Assembly (NCBI GenBank): GCA_951406725.2
Contig: OX597821.1
Span: forward strand, 16,864,001-16,928,000
Direction of reading: 5' to 3'
DNA length: 64,000 bases
Origin: Octopus vulgaris
Lineage: Eukaryota
Below are positions 28,001 to 41,813 of this stretch, in pieces; position 1 is the stretch's first letter, and the number at the start of each line of letters is the position of its first letter. Below the pieces are notes generated by a model. That model searched no databases and was not told where the DNA came from. It saw only the letters and a program-made list of their open reading frames with translations. Both the position numbers and the translations under genes were made by a program.

Positions 28001-28061
<61 letters not shown>

Positions 28062-29524
28062 TGTATATTCATCCTGAAATATATTTTTCAAAGAAAGCAA
28101 TCGCCCTACATGTCTATATTCATCAATACACATGACATAGAAACATCTATACCAAACACACACATTCACACGGACACACACACATGCATACATACACACT
28201 TGCATACATATATACATACATATAAGCATGCATGCGTACATACAGCACACATATATTGAATGTGGGATAATAAATTCTGTGAAGCTAGAACTACAAAGCG
28301 TGCAATAAATAATGTAGAAATATTCACCATAAAACCAGACTATGAGAGAAATAGTTAAATAAAATTTAAAATATATAAAATAGTAGAAATTATCTTTCTA
28401 CCGATCACAAAACATCTAACGGATCCGGGTAGCTTACCAAATTATAGAGAATTAGGTGCCTACCTAACTAAGTTAAAAATGCATTCGATTTCATTACTAC
28501 ATTGAAAATACATTTAATATTTTGGAAGGTATGTAATTATTCGTAATTAAGGAATGTGCTCTGCCTTCATTTAAACAGAAATATTGCAGTCGCAAGAGAA
28601 CAACTCTGCTGTTTACATGTAAAAATGGCGTAGTTTTATCGTCTGCAATGTTTTTGTGCTTAATTCAATGAATTATGGCGATTTTTATGGGAGGAAATGA
28701 GAGAGTGAGTAGGAGAGATGGGAGAGGTAACTGTTTAGCGTGAGTAGGAAAGTAAATGAAAAAGATGAAGACGTAAAGGATAGAGAAGATATGATACTTA
28801 GAGAGAGAGAGGGGGGAGAGAAAAAGAGAGAGAGAGAATGAATCAGAGAAATAAGGGAAGGATAGGAAACGATAACAAGAAAGAAACCTGAGAGAATTTA
28901 GAAACCAAGCTATGAACGATTTCTGTATTTTAAAATACCTACATACTTTCATAACTACCTACCTACAAATATACATACCTACAAACATGTAGGCATACGT
29001 GCATGCACATATACATACATACACACACAGGCACACGCGCACGCACACACCCACAGAAAGACACATACACATATATTTTCACGCATACTCATCAATCTGT
29101 ATATCTGCATAAATGTATGCAAGCATGCATTTGTGTATAGGTATGTAAGTGTATATATATATATACATGCATATATATGTATGTATAATATATAGTGTAT
29201 AACAATGTGTACATATACGTGTCTATATATACATATATGTGTATATATATATATATATGTATGTATAATATATAGTATATAACAATATATACATATACGT
29301 GTCTATGTATATATTCATATATATGAGTGTGTATGTATATATACATATATATACATATAAAATATGGGTAATATATATGTAAACAAAGATACACAATACA
29401 AGCATATGTCCATACAAGCATATATATGTATATATATGTATATATATAAATATATATATACATATAAATACACATAAATATGCATATATATATACATATA
29501 TATACATATATAAACATATATATG

Positions 29525-29557
<33 letters not shown>

Positions 29558-29561
29558 CTAG

Positions 29562-29609
<48 letters not shown>

Positions 29610-30116
29610 GGATACATATAATTCATACCTACATAAAAGTATAAGGGTGTCCAAATATAATCATATGAAAAGCATCACCTAATTGAAAATATTCTTGCAA
29701 TTTAAAGACAAAGACCCCACTCCAAGTATATTTTCAATCAATAAAAAGCAATTTTTTTTTAACAATAAAACATTGCAGTTATGTGTGAGATTTATTTTCA
29801 AAGTTAAATCATGAAAGCAACATGTTTCACGCTTATTTTTAATTCTTGTCATCGAAACATATTTAACTCCAATGCCTAGGCTGTGAAGAGATCAAATCTA
29901 TATAAACTATGTAAATCAGTAATACGACTGAGGGCAATCAGAAATTATTCTACCATATATATACATTTTATTTATTATTATTTTGCACATTACTTAATCA
30001 TCGGTTTAGTATTTTTATTTTTATCTTATACTTAATATTTCTATTATATGTAATTTTCTAGATGGTGTAATTTAATTTTTCATTTTGAATTGATAAAAGG
30101 TGGGGTTTTTCTAATT

Positions 30117-30165
<49 letters not shown>

Positions 30166-30199
30166 TGTATATATATATATATAATTATATATGTATACG

Positions 30200-30430
30200 T
30201 TAACTTGTTTCAGTCGTTAGACTGTGGCCGGCTATTGTGTAGAACCACCTTGAAGAGTTTTTAATTAATTTAATACTTATCTTCTGTTAAGCCTGGTACG
30301 TACTTTGTCGACTTCTTTTGCCGAACGGCTAAGTTAAGAGGACGTAAACGCATCAACACCGGCTGTCAAACGGTGGTGGGAAACAAACGCAGATACGAAG
30401 ATATTCAAACATTCATATATAGATACGTAC
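30200..30430 (-). mobile_element. SINE family A 3' half, running into (ATGT)n at 30430-30750
   Basis: acttgtttcagtc..tgccgaacggctaagtt..gacgtaaac matches family A. Confidence 0.65.
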
Positions 30431-30847
30431 GTACGTATGCATGTATGTATGTATGTATGTATGTATGTATGTATGTATGTATGTATGTATGCATGTATGT
30501 ATGTGTGTATGTATGTATGTATGTATGCATGTATGTATGTATGTATCTATGTATGCATGTATGTATGTATGTATGTATGTATGTATGTACGTATGTACGT
30601 ATGCATGTATGTATGTATGTATGTATGTATGTATGTATGTACGTATCTATGCATGCATGCATGTATGTATGTATGTATGTATGTATGTATGCATGCATGT
30701 ATGTATGTATGTATGTATGTATGCATGCATGTATGTATGTATGTATTTATGCATGGTTACAGAAAAATATTTCGTTTTCTTTAGGTTTCTGTAAAGTCGA
30801 AATCCGGCAAAGTACTATAAGTACCACACATAGAAAATTAAATGTGC

Positions 30848-30907
<60 letters not shown>

Positions 30908-30908
30908 T

Positions 30909-30943
<35 letters not shown>

Positions 30944-30965
30944 AAACTATAATAATTATTTAAAA

Positions 30966-31097
30966 TTTTTGCCACAAGGGCAGCTTGGAAAAGGTGGGAA
31001 TGAGTCAATTACATCGAATCCAGTGTTCAACTTGTACTTATTGTTTCGACTTCAAAAGAGTGAAACGCAAAATCGACCTCGGCAGAATTTGAAGTAG
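30966..31097 (-). mobile_element. SINE family B fragment
   Basis: gcaaaatcgacctcggcagaatttgaa matches the family B core. Confidence 0.55.
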
Positions 31098-32104
31098 TAT
31101 AGAATGATTTGAGTGTGATTTAGCTGCTATTTCTGCTACCATATAGAGTCTTTCACATGAAGATGTTGTTGTTATAAAACTGTAGTGGTGGTAACATCAT
31201 TTGTTTGTGGATGTTCTGTCTACTGTAGATATGTGATTGAAATGTGTTCTCACTTTCATCTGTTATATTCCTTCTCAATTTATATCGCTACGTGCTGTGG
31301 TTATTCATGAAGTTGTTGACACATTTAGTCTTCTATATTCTGAGTTGTCTATCATATTCTAGGTGTGGAATAGAGTGAGAGCTGTTGGATAGTGTGAACG
31401 CTCTAGAGTAGCTTCGATCTGCTATCTTGTTTTGACTCCGTTTCCAGGTCTCAGTGTATAAATGTATTTTTTGTTAATAAGCATACATTCACTTTACGAA
31501 CCACGAATACAAGGCAATGATCCGGTGAAAATCGGAACAAATTCTGACCCAATGATGGAGCCCCAACATTGTGGATTTAGGTTGCGGACGAAGAATTACA
31601 CGTTATGTGCTCAATAACACGTAATGTGGCGTTTAGATTTAACAGGAATCGGTTCAGAAGTGATTCTGTTGCTACTTACAGATTCAGGTCCCTTGATTTT
31701 AATTACGCCTTAAGAAACGTATAAGTACGCATACGCACACTCGTGCACACACACACACACACACGTCTGATATTTACCTATGTTCAGTCCCCTGACCTTC
31801 AGAAATCTATATGGTCATCAAGTCTATCAATGTCGTCCCATTTATACTCACATTTAATTTTCCCTCTTTTTTTTTTTCACTTTACTCCATTTTCATTGCC
31901 CTCTCTAACATTTCTTTTCGGCCAATTTCTCTTGCAATCACTTCTGGAACTTTTAGCTTTCTTTCGCTCGCTTTCCACATCCTTATCAGCTTCTTATCTG
32001 TTTATTGTTGTTCAGCAAATAATAAAAATACAATTTAAGATTCATTTTAAGAGAACTTGAGAGACTTACTCTACATAGTTTTAATGCTTCTCAGTGCTTA
32101 TACA

Positions 32105-32430
32105 ATTGCAGCGTGGAAGGTGTTTGTAAGCCATTTAAGAAACACAAAAGCCGTTCGATTCACTTCAACATTTAAGTTTAATTTGTTAAAATATTTTCGT
32201 CGCTTTAAGACCGCGACCTGTTCACTGACAAAAGTCCGTGCTTTGTCAGTGAACAGGACGTGGTCTTAAAGCGACGAAAATATTTTGACAAATTAAACTT
32301 AAATGTTGAAGTGAATCGAACGGCTTTTGTGTTTCTTAAATGGCTTACAAACACCTTCCACGCTGCAGTTGTTTTCGTTTTAGCACACGATCTCAGATCA
32401 AATCTCTTGCTATGCAAGTACATCTTCGTA
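32105..32430. mobile_element. Fold-back element with 126-bp arms, a hammerhead-like motif in each arm and a 12-bp TSD
   Basis: Arms 32107-32232 and 32242-32367 with a 9-nt loop and a 63-nt tail. AGTGCTTATACA occurs at 32093-32104 and 32431-32442. Confidence 0.85.
32182..32232 (-). ncRNA. Type I hammerhead-like motif, G3-C8 core variant
   Basis: TTTGTCA-GTGAACA-G-GTCGC/GCGAC-GAAA-ATAT-TT-TAACAAA. The mirror copy on + at 32242-32292 has a perfect 7-bp stem I. Confidence 0.6.
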
Positions 32431-32581
32431 AGTGCTTATACAGAATTTACTAAATCACCGCGGATATAATGTAGGAATATGAAAAACACCCCTCCCTTTC
32501 TCACTTCTTTCTCTCTCTTTCTCTGTGTCTCTCACTCACTCTCTTTAAACATACATACACAATTGCATATATATATATATG

Positions 32582-32629
<48 letters not shown>

Positions 32630-34704
32630 CATATATACATACATACATGCACGCACACACACATACATATACACACGCACGCGCGCGCACACACATATGC
32701 ATTTGGTTATATTTAAATCCTTCATTCTTGAAGAACTTCGACAGTTTACGAAACTTCGGCTAAGACAATTATATAAATTTATTGCCCTGCTACTTTGTCA
32801 TGCATGATATATTTTTTCTGCTATGATTATACTTGTTTCATGCAAATCTATAATATAAAAAATGTATTTCATATCAGTTTCCCCAATAAAATATATCACG
32901 GACAAATAAATTTTAACTTAAATTTTTCAGATTTTCATTTGATTTTTCTGCAGAAAAAATATTGATGAAGAAACTTTAAGCTGATATATTTATTTTTTCA
33001 AATGCATTCTTAGTGTTATGACGTAATCTTTTCATTTCATGAATGTTGTCGTTGCTCTTTTTGTGGTGGTGGTGGTGTCGGGATTGGTAGTGGCGGTTAT
33101 TTTTAATTGAAGCCAGCATCTAACCTTTTGCACCACGTGATTGAAACCTTCGTAAAACTTGAAAGCAACGCCATTTGCTGTTGTCATAGCTGCTATTGTC
33201 CTTGTTATAAAGTTTCTAACTGTATTATTATAGCGGTCGTGAGGGATTTATGGATGGATCTTCGTTTTATGGGTAGCTTGTATTTTGTTATATTTTAGTC
33301 ACAGGTAAATTAAAATTAGATACGCAGACTATTGGTCAAAGTTGTTCCACATATAAAGATCGCTCTTTCTATGTCAAAAACAGATCCATTACCATGATCT
33401 ACATTTTCCAATGTATCATTTTTAGTGAGTCGAGATCGATTTGAATGATATTTGGTCGATCATTTTAGCATGAAGAATAACCACATGTAGCCGCTACCTC
33501 TTGACATATCTGTCACCTTCGTTACGTCATGCTCTCATTTATTTATGATAAAAGCAAAATGGCAGCCGTTGCATACTTGCGTGTATAACTTAGAAGTAAA
33601 TATCGTGATAATTATTTCAGTTGACTGCATAGTCATGAGAATAGATGTCATCTCACCCGCTCTCGATTCAGCACATCAAGGATGTTACAGGTGGAAAGAT
33701 AGAGGGATGCTCCAGCATCGGCTGATACTCATTTTCAAATGAGTAAACAGGCGCATCTTGAAATGATGTGTTTTGCTCAAGGATAAAAAATGGTTGCGCG
33801 GTCAAAGAATTAAACACAGGCTCTTATAATCATGAACATAATGCCATAAATACAAGTCACACGTCTTCGAGTTAATGATATAAATTTAAAATAATATTCT
33901 AAAGCCACTGAGTTCGATATATATTTCAACCATTTGTAAATCGATTCAATTGCACTAGTAGTACAATCATAACAATGTAGCAGATGTTCAAAAAGAAATT
34001 GTGAAAACATTTTGTTTAATCAGTATTTGATATCGAGACAACTATTGGTAAAATAAAGAAATGTATTAATATTCACGTAGTAAGATTAATCCTTTTCTTT
34101 CTTTCTTTGTCTTGAAAATGCTTTGAAAGATTGGATACAGATAGAATAGAATATGAGAGTAATTGTTTTCATAGAGTATTGTGATTAAAACAATAACAAC
34201 TTATGTTTTTAACTCCTGAATATATTTGTAACTATTATTTTATTGAATTAGTTGTGACGTCTTTTGACAAAGTGGTTAGAGCAGTTATGCAGTTTATCTA
34301 CAATACAGCGTTCGAATCCCCAATGGGATTCGAATGCTGTTAATGAAGTAAGGTAGCGAGCTGGTAAAATCATTCGTACACTTATTGGCATTTCGTCCAC
34401 CTTTACAAACTGTGTTCAAATTCTTACTAGGTCAACTTTCTTAAAGCTTGCATCCATATCCAAATTTACAAACTCACTAACGTTGAAACATCGAAAGGAA
34501 ACCGAAATATTTCATTCTTCAATCTAGTTTTATTGTTTCATGTGTTTCGCCCTAAATTTTCTGGAAATGGTGGAGCACAGCCTGTATGATTATCTTTTCA
34601 ATGGCCATTCCTGTGGGTCTGGCTTTTAGTTTAGTTTACTACCCTCATTTGAGCTTGTTGCAATGATGTAAGTTCATATGGGATAGTAAGCAGCAGAAAG
34701 TTAA

Positions 34705-35320
34705 AGTTATTCTTGAAAACATCTACCCACTCCATGTAGATCACTCGGATTTTGGGGGAAGATAATTACGGTGGCCCTTTTAATTCCATGCTCTTGAAGT
34801 AGCTGGTCCTCAGTGTATATGGGATAGGCGGGACCTTTGGAGTAGAGCTTTGGTGTCCTATTCGGGGTCTGGTATAGCAGTCGACACCAAAGTTTCGCAA
34901 CAGCCTCTCTAGTATCTTCCATATATATGTCATGGAATACGTCTCCCGTTTTTTCTCTTGAGAGTACAATAGCTCAAGTTCACTGAAGCAATCTCCTTGG
35001 AGTAGTACCACGGAACTGCCGGGAGTTTTGTTTCTAATATGTCACTCTGGAATAACCATAGCTGAGAGTAGTATTCCAGACAACTGAGGGCAAATGTCCT
35101 CCAAGGAACAGTACAGTTTCCTGGACTGTTACAGAAGGTTCTCAGATTCCATGCAGCCATTCATCAGCACATGGCCACATGGTTTGGTTATATTTCCATG
35201 ATACAATGCACCGTTACTCATATTAATCTCCGGGTCATGCACTGTGTTCGATTCCGATATTGCCGTCCTTTACCTTAAAAGTATCTTTCTTGCGACGTGT
35301 TAGCACGTGCTGCTTGATAG
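34705..35320 (-). mobile_element. Degenerate CR1-like LINE fragment
   Basis: MAAWNLRTF..LSCLEYYSQLW and ELELLYSQEKKRETYSMTYIWKILE, homologous to the C-terminus of the 19031-20710 element. Confidence 0.7.
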
Positions 35321-35816
35321 CGGATGATTTGACATAGTCCTGCTGTAAATCACGTGCTGTTTTCTTCAGCTCATTTACATATGACATCTAGATGTTTCTG
35401 TGGAAGATTAGTATCATAAAGATTTTTGACTGCTTATTCAATAATCTGATTGTCTTCAAAGATTTTGAACGGTATTCAAAGGATAATGATACATTGACCT
35501 TCGTGCTTCCTTTGACGCTCTTAAGATTTATGTGGTGAATACTCGTCATGAATACAAACTGGGTTGTTTTCTTAATACTTTTTTACTCAGTGATAAATAG
35601 ACAGCAATTAAGACGTTTTATCTTGCCTGGTCAACCAGACTGTTGGGTTCAAGATATATAAAACTAAGTATTTGGCCGGAATAATTGTTACAAAGTAATG
35701 ACACAAATATAAATTCATGGTATTTAAAATCTGTGGCACGTTAAGCTTAAGCTCAAGCTCTGGAATATACACTTTAAATGCTTAATCTATAGAAGAAATT
35801 GACCGAAGAATATATA

Positions 35817-36037
35817 CTCTTACTCTTTTACTCTTTTACTTGTTTCAGTCATTTGACTGCTGCCATGCTGGAGCACCGCCTTTAGTCGAGCAAATCGACC
35901 CCGGGACTTATTCTTTGTAAGCCCAGTACTTATTCTATCGGTCTCTTGTGTTGAACCGCTAAGTGACGGGGACGTAAACACACCAGCATCGTTTGTCAAG
36001 CAATGCTAGGGGGACAAACACAGACACACAAACATAT

Positions 36038-36074
<37 letters not shown>

Positions 36075-36237
36075 ACAGGCTTCTTTCATGTTTCCGTCTA
36101 CCAAATCCACTCACAAGGCATTGGTCGGCCCGGGGCTATAGTAGAAGACACTTACCCAAGATGTCACGCAGTGGGACTGAACCCGGAACCGTGTGGTTGG
36201 TTAGCAAGCTACTTACCACACAGCCACTCCTGCGCCT
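35817..36237 (-). mobile_element. SINE family A, full length, with 52-bp flanking duplication
   Basis: tRNA-like head, internal (TA)n/(TG)n and (AAAAGAGT)n tail. 35765-35816 is identical to 36238-36289. Confidence 0.9.
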
Positions 36238-36664
36238 ATATACACTTTAAATGCTTAATCTATAGAAGAAATTGACCGAAGAATATATATATCTATTTGA
36301 AAAGCACTGTGTACATATTGCAATATTAACAGAAAACATATACCTTATACATATAATCATAGTTCACTCTTCCATCTACAAAAATTCATAATACATACAT
36401 ACATACATAAACATACACACACACATATAAACATATACATAAACATATGCGACTTGATCACAATACTTATCACATTTTTAAGCCTTGTACTTACGCTGTC
36501 GCTTTCTTTGACCTAGCTGCTGGGTTACAAGGACGTGGACACACAGACACCGGTTGTCAACAATGCTGCGGGAGAAACACAAACACAAAAACTTACACGC
36601 ATGCTTAAATAAGTGTATGCGACGGGCTTCTTTCTGTTTATGTCTGGGTTCGAAATTCCACCAG

Positions 36665-36710
36665 AACACCTGATGCAGGCTGGAGAGTACCTCAGCTGAA
36701 ACGTTGTGGT
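36665..36710 (+). ncRNA. Minimal type I hammerhead-like motif (mutated)
   Basis: AACAC-CTGATGC-A-GGCTG/CAGCT-GAAAC-GTT-GTGGT, with a loopless palindromic stem III (AACGTT). Confidence 0.6.
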
Positions 36711-36813
36711 AGGAACAAACAAGGTAAGGACACTTATCCGTCCATTGCAAATAATGTATATGAAATTATTAGTAGCACTTATAAACATGTATTGTGTCCT
36801 TTACATTAATAAT

Positions 36814-36853
<40 letters not shown>

Positions 36854-36854
36854 G

Positions 36855-36929
<75 letters not shown>

Positions 36930-37064
36930 AAAATTATGCATACTTACACTTATATGTATTTATGTTCACATGCACAATACTTGACTAGCATAACAGCAAT
37001 CACAAAATCTTTTCCCACCCTCTCTGTCTGTCTGTCTCTCTCCCTCTTTCTCTCTCTGCATCGG

Positions 37065-37122
<58 letters not shown>

Positions 37123-37799
37123 TATATGTATATATATATATATACACATATATATATACACGCACACACATATATATGCATATATATAATATATATATAT
37201 ATAATATATGCGTATACATAACTATGCATATGTATGTATATATATATATATGTTTGTGGAGAGAGAGAGAAGGGGAGAGAGAGATATCATAAATGTATAA
37301 GTTCATAAAAGGACATATATATGTATATAGGTTTCTCTGTTTAGGCAGACATAAATCTGTGTGTGTTCGTATATATGTATAAGTGTGTACATATCGGTGG
37401 GTGTTACTATGAGCATTTCTCAGAACTTATTCCAAGCACATTTACCTATGAGATATATTTATGAAAATGTATGTTGCTAAATGAAAGAAGACGTGCTATA
37501 TTTCTGCCAGTTTCAATTTTTTTGTTCTTAGTCTACTGGAATGTCGCCACGGAATATATGTTTAATTCAGTAAATGGCGCCCTTTTATCAGAGAAAAATA
37601 ACACCGTTAACAAAGAAACCACATCTAAGATGATGGATACTCTGAATAAAAAAATGAGACGGAATCAAACCAACATATCTAAACATGAACAACTTTTTTA
37701 GTTTAACTGCTTTTCGGTAGATTTCACTAAATATAAACTATTTGAATGAAGCACATAGGCATATGCATACACACAGTATCTAAATACATAAAGGTATAA

Positions 37800-37830
<31 letters not shown>

Positions 37831-37856
37831 CATACATACATACATACATACATACA

Positions 37857-37890
<34 letters not shown>

Positions 37891-38250
37891 CCCTGGTTAT
37901 GAATTTTCATTTGTATCTGTCATCATAGGTGCATTAGGCCATGTAACAATAAATTTGCACAAAGACCGAGAAATACTCGATATCGTGGATAATGAGCAAC
38001 ATAAACCAAAGCGGATTCTTCAGATCCAATCTATTGGTGGTATAGTGAAAGTTTGCGTGGCATTCCCAAAATTCTCCGTATAAGACTCTGGTGTTGATAG
38101 ATGTACACACTTAGGTGTATGCATTAACAGTTCAACCACCACACCAACTCAACCACATACGTACATATACATAGTAACACCCACCGACATATACACGCTT
38201 ATACAGACACGCATACACACAGATTTATCTCTGCCCACTTATACATTTAT

Positions 38251-38294
<44 letters not shown>

Positions 38295-39159
38295 CATAAA
38301 ATGGCTTGTTCCTTTGTTAGGAACTAACTTGAACTCTCTCGAGAAGAAATGAAACTCGAAGGAAAATCACACTATACATACACGCTTCCATATAGTCAGA
38401 TACGAACATGTACCTATAGCTTTTAACTTTCTTACAATTATAAGCCTATAATTTCATTACAACTGTAGGGATTATTACAATATAACGGCCACCTATAAAC
38501 GTCTGCCTGCTTGCTTGACCTGCAACAAAGAGCAGATATATCTTGCTCAAACCATGTCTTATGTATTTTTTAAAGCAGCACATCGAATACCGTAGTCCTT
38601 AATATACAGTATTTAAATAGATATCGGATCATGTAGTTGATGGGTGAGGCCTGTAATCATAGGTGTACTTTCTCACACCAATCCTAGATTGAATCAAAAC
38701 AAAATGGAATAGATATAAAATATATTACTTTACTTTTAAATGATATTCAAACTTAGTGGAATTATTATCTTTGAAAAACAAGGATATACGATCAACTAAA
38801 TCATGTTTGTGCGGAATAAACTAAGATGCATGTACCGAATATAAACTAAAAGAGAATGATATATGATACATAAAACAGAACGAAGTATAGGGAACTAAAC
38901 TACGTTAGGGTGTCTGTTTATAACTTGAGATGAAGCAATGGTATGTAAAGTTAGATACAGGAGCATGTTTGTGTCTACTCTTGTAACTGTTGTATGAATC
39001 AGTCACTATATATTATGCCATGGGAAAGCTAAATAATAACTTCAACTACGTGTTGTGAATATCAATGTATCTGCATTGGCATTAAGGAGTCCTCTGTGAG
39101 AATATTTGACGGTAATTGAAGTAATTATAAAACGTTATTCTATGGAAACGAGAGAAATA

Positions 39160-39214
<55 letters not shown>

Positions 39215-39882
39215 ACGGACGGACAGAAAAAAGTAAGAGAATTAGAGGTATTAAGAGAAACAATAGGATTTGAAGTGAAATAGATATTCTGAAATTATAG
39301 AGAGTGTATAACAGGGAGGCAACAGCAAAATAGAAATCGTAGCACAAGACAAACGGTAAAAAGTTATGAAATATTTTTTATTAAAAGACAACAGAAAGAG
39401 AGAGAGAGAGAGAGGGGGTGAGACAGCGAGAGACAGAGACAGACAGAGAGAAAGACAGAAATAATCAGACACTCAGACAAACATACAGAGAAAAAGAAAA
39501 AGAGAGAGGGAGAGATTATCTAAATGGTAAAATAAAAATCAAGAAAATGAGGTGGATAAATGGAGAGACACTGAGAATGTGAGACAGATTTGATAATAGG
39601 AAGTGAAGAAGTAGACGAGGGTTTGGTTCAATAAACGGATGAAAAAAGGATGACGAAGAAATGAATTTGTTGAGTAGAAACAGAGAAAAATATTTTATGT
39701 GATTTTAATATGAAAAGATGGCAAGTATTTTGGTTACTTTATTTTTAAAATGAAAATCTCCAATAATGCAGCAGATTAAATGAGACACGTCTTTTCTACC
39801 AGTTATGGTTGCAAAAAGTAAATCAAAAGGAAAGAAAAAAAATTGCACACACGCATACATACATATACATACATATGTGTGC

Positions 39883-39970
<88 letters not shown>

Positions 39971-40022
39971 GTGTGTGTGTGCGTGTGTGCGTGTATGCGT
40001 ATGTTTTTATGTATGTATATAT

Positions 40023-40057
<35 letters not shown>

Positions 40058-40185
40058 CATATCTATACAATATGTTACATTACTCGGTAGTCAAGATAAA
40101 ACTCTGAGTTTCAGATGCCGAAGTGGAAATCCACAACACCATCTCTTCGGCTATTTGAAAACGTTATGAAAAAATACCGTTAAAA

Positions 40186-41556
40186 ATGAAGGGAAATTAC
40201 TCTGTCTCTAAAGAACTGCTAGATAAAGCCATAATCTTCGCTAGTGACTTCATAGAAATTAGTACCAATGATAAGGATATAATCTTCCATGCTAGAAAGA
40301 CATTACTTTTCAGTGAGAATGCAAAGTGGGTAAAAAACACCGACACGGAGGGCGCTTTCGATGTGAGCATGGGTTCATACGATGGGGCAGGCATCTGTGA
40401 TCTAATTGGACTCTTTCTCCTAGATACCTTCAGTAAGACATTCCCTAACGTACATTTCGCCATCTACAAAGATGATGCCCTCGCCTTAACAGCTAATACA
40501 AATGGACCAGCACAAGATCGTTTTAGGAAGGATATTATCCAGTTAATGAAACACTTCGGACTTAGTATAACTATAGACACTAACCTGACGGTTGTCAATT
40601 TCTTAGACGTTTCCTTAGATCTTAATAATAATATTTATAAGCCTTATAGGAAGCCCAATGATAGACTAAGTTATATTAATGTAGGTTCATGCCATCCCCC
40701 TATAGTATTCAAAAATTTAGTTAAAAATATTAGTAAGAGGATTTCTAGCCTCTCATCTAATGAGGACATCTTCAATAGCGTTGCCCCAGTTTATAATAAA
40801 GCTTTAAAAGATAGTGGTTTTAGCGAAAAAATAAAATATACACCTATCACCAGCCCAACAATAAGGAAAAGGAATAATAGAAATAGGAAGGTCATCTGGT
40901 TTACGCCCCCTTACTCACCCGAGGTGGCCTTCAATATAGGTAAATATTTCCTAGCACTGATAGATAGACATTTTCCAGTTAACCATGCTTATAGGAAACT
41001 CTTCAATAGACACAATTTAAAAATTAGTTTTAGTTCAACTACCAATTTTAAAAACATAATCAATCATAACATACAAAAAACACAAGAAGAAAACAGCTGT
41101 TCATGCAGGAATAAAGAATTGTGCCCGCTAAATGGAGCTTGCATGTCCAAGACCATCATATATGAAGCTACCGTAAACTCTATAACCACTAAAGACACCG
41201 TTTCGACGAAGAAATACGTGGGCCTGACAGAGGGTAATTTCAAGGCCAGGTTCAATAACCACACTTTGAGCTTTAGGCACTGGAACAAAAGAAAAGCGAC
41301 ACAATTATCCAATCATATTTGGTCTTTAAGAGATAAAGGTGTCGATTATAACATACAATGGAAGATTTTGGCCAGATGTAAGCCCTATACTAACGGCAGC
41401 GGAAGGTGCGGTTTATGCGACATGGAGAGATGGCTTATCTGGAAAAGCAGCTTAGACCCTACCACATGTCTAAATACAAGGACAGAGCTTTTCGGATCAT
41501 GCCCACATGTGACTAAATTTCTGTTACGTTTTTGGTCCCCTAAAGAAAACGGATAG
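40186..41556 (+). CDS. Penelope-like reverse transcriptase / GIY-YIG endonuclease, N-terminally truncated (456 aa)
   Basis: MGSYDGAGICDLIG, YKDD, VNFLDVSLDL, SCHPP, CSCRNKELCPLNGAC and IIYEATV..KKYVGLTEGNFKARFNNH. RT motif A is missing and the ATG comes from the inverted pLTR. Confidence 0.85.
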   Translation: MKGNYSVSKELLDKAIIFASDFIEISTNDKDIIFHARKTLLFSENAKWVKNTDTEGAFDVSMGSYDGAGICDLIGLFLLDTFSKTFPNVHFAIYKDDALALTANTNGPAQDRFRKDIIQLMKHFGLSITIDTNLTVVNFLDVSLDLNNNIYKPYRKPNDRLSYINVGSCHPPIVFKNLVKNISKRISSLSSNEDIFNSVAPVYNKALKDSGFSEKIKYTPITSPTIRKRNNRNRKVIWFTPPYSPEVAFNIGKYFLALIDRHFPVNHAYRKLFNRHNLKISFSSTTNFKNIINHNIQKTQEENSCSCRNKELCPLNGACMSKTIIYEATVNSITTKDTVSTKKYVGLTEGNFKARFNNHTLSFRHWNKRKATQLSNHIWSLRDKGVDYNIQWKILARCKPYTNGSGRCGLCDMERWLIWKSSLDPTTCLNTRTELFGSCPHVTKFLLRFWSPKENG

Positions 41557-41750
41557 AACATGCTTTCTGTGTTATGTCCCAAGAAGATTTTATATATTTT
41601 TATATATTTTTATATATTTTTATGTATTTTTATATAATTTTTATGACGAAAAATGCGAGCGATGTATAAGTACGCAGGCAAAGCAGAGTTATAACAGAGT
41701 AATTTCCCTTCATTTTTAACGGTATTTTTTCATAACGTTTTCAAATAGCC

Positions 41751-41813
41751 AGATAACCGAAGAGATGGTGTTGTGGATTTCCACTTCGGCATCTGAAACT
41801 CAGAGTTTTATCT
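41751..41813 (+). ncRNA. Type I hammerhead ribozyme-like motif in the PLE pLTR (C4 variant)
   Basis: AGATAA-CCGAAGA-GATG/CATC-T-GAAA-CTC-A-GAG-TT-TTATCT, with a 6-bp stem I. Confidence 0.65.
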
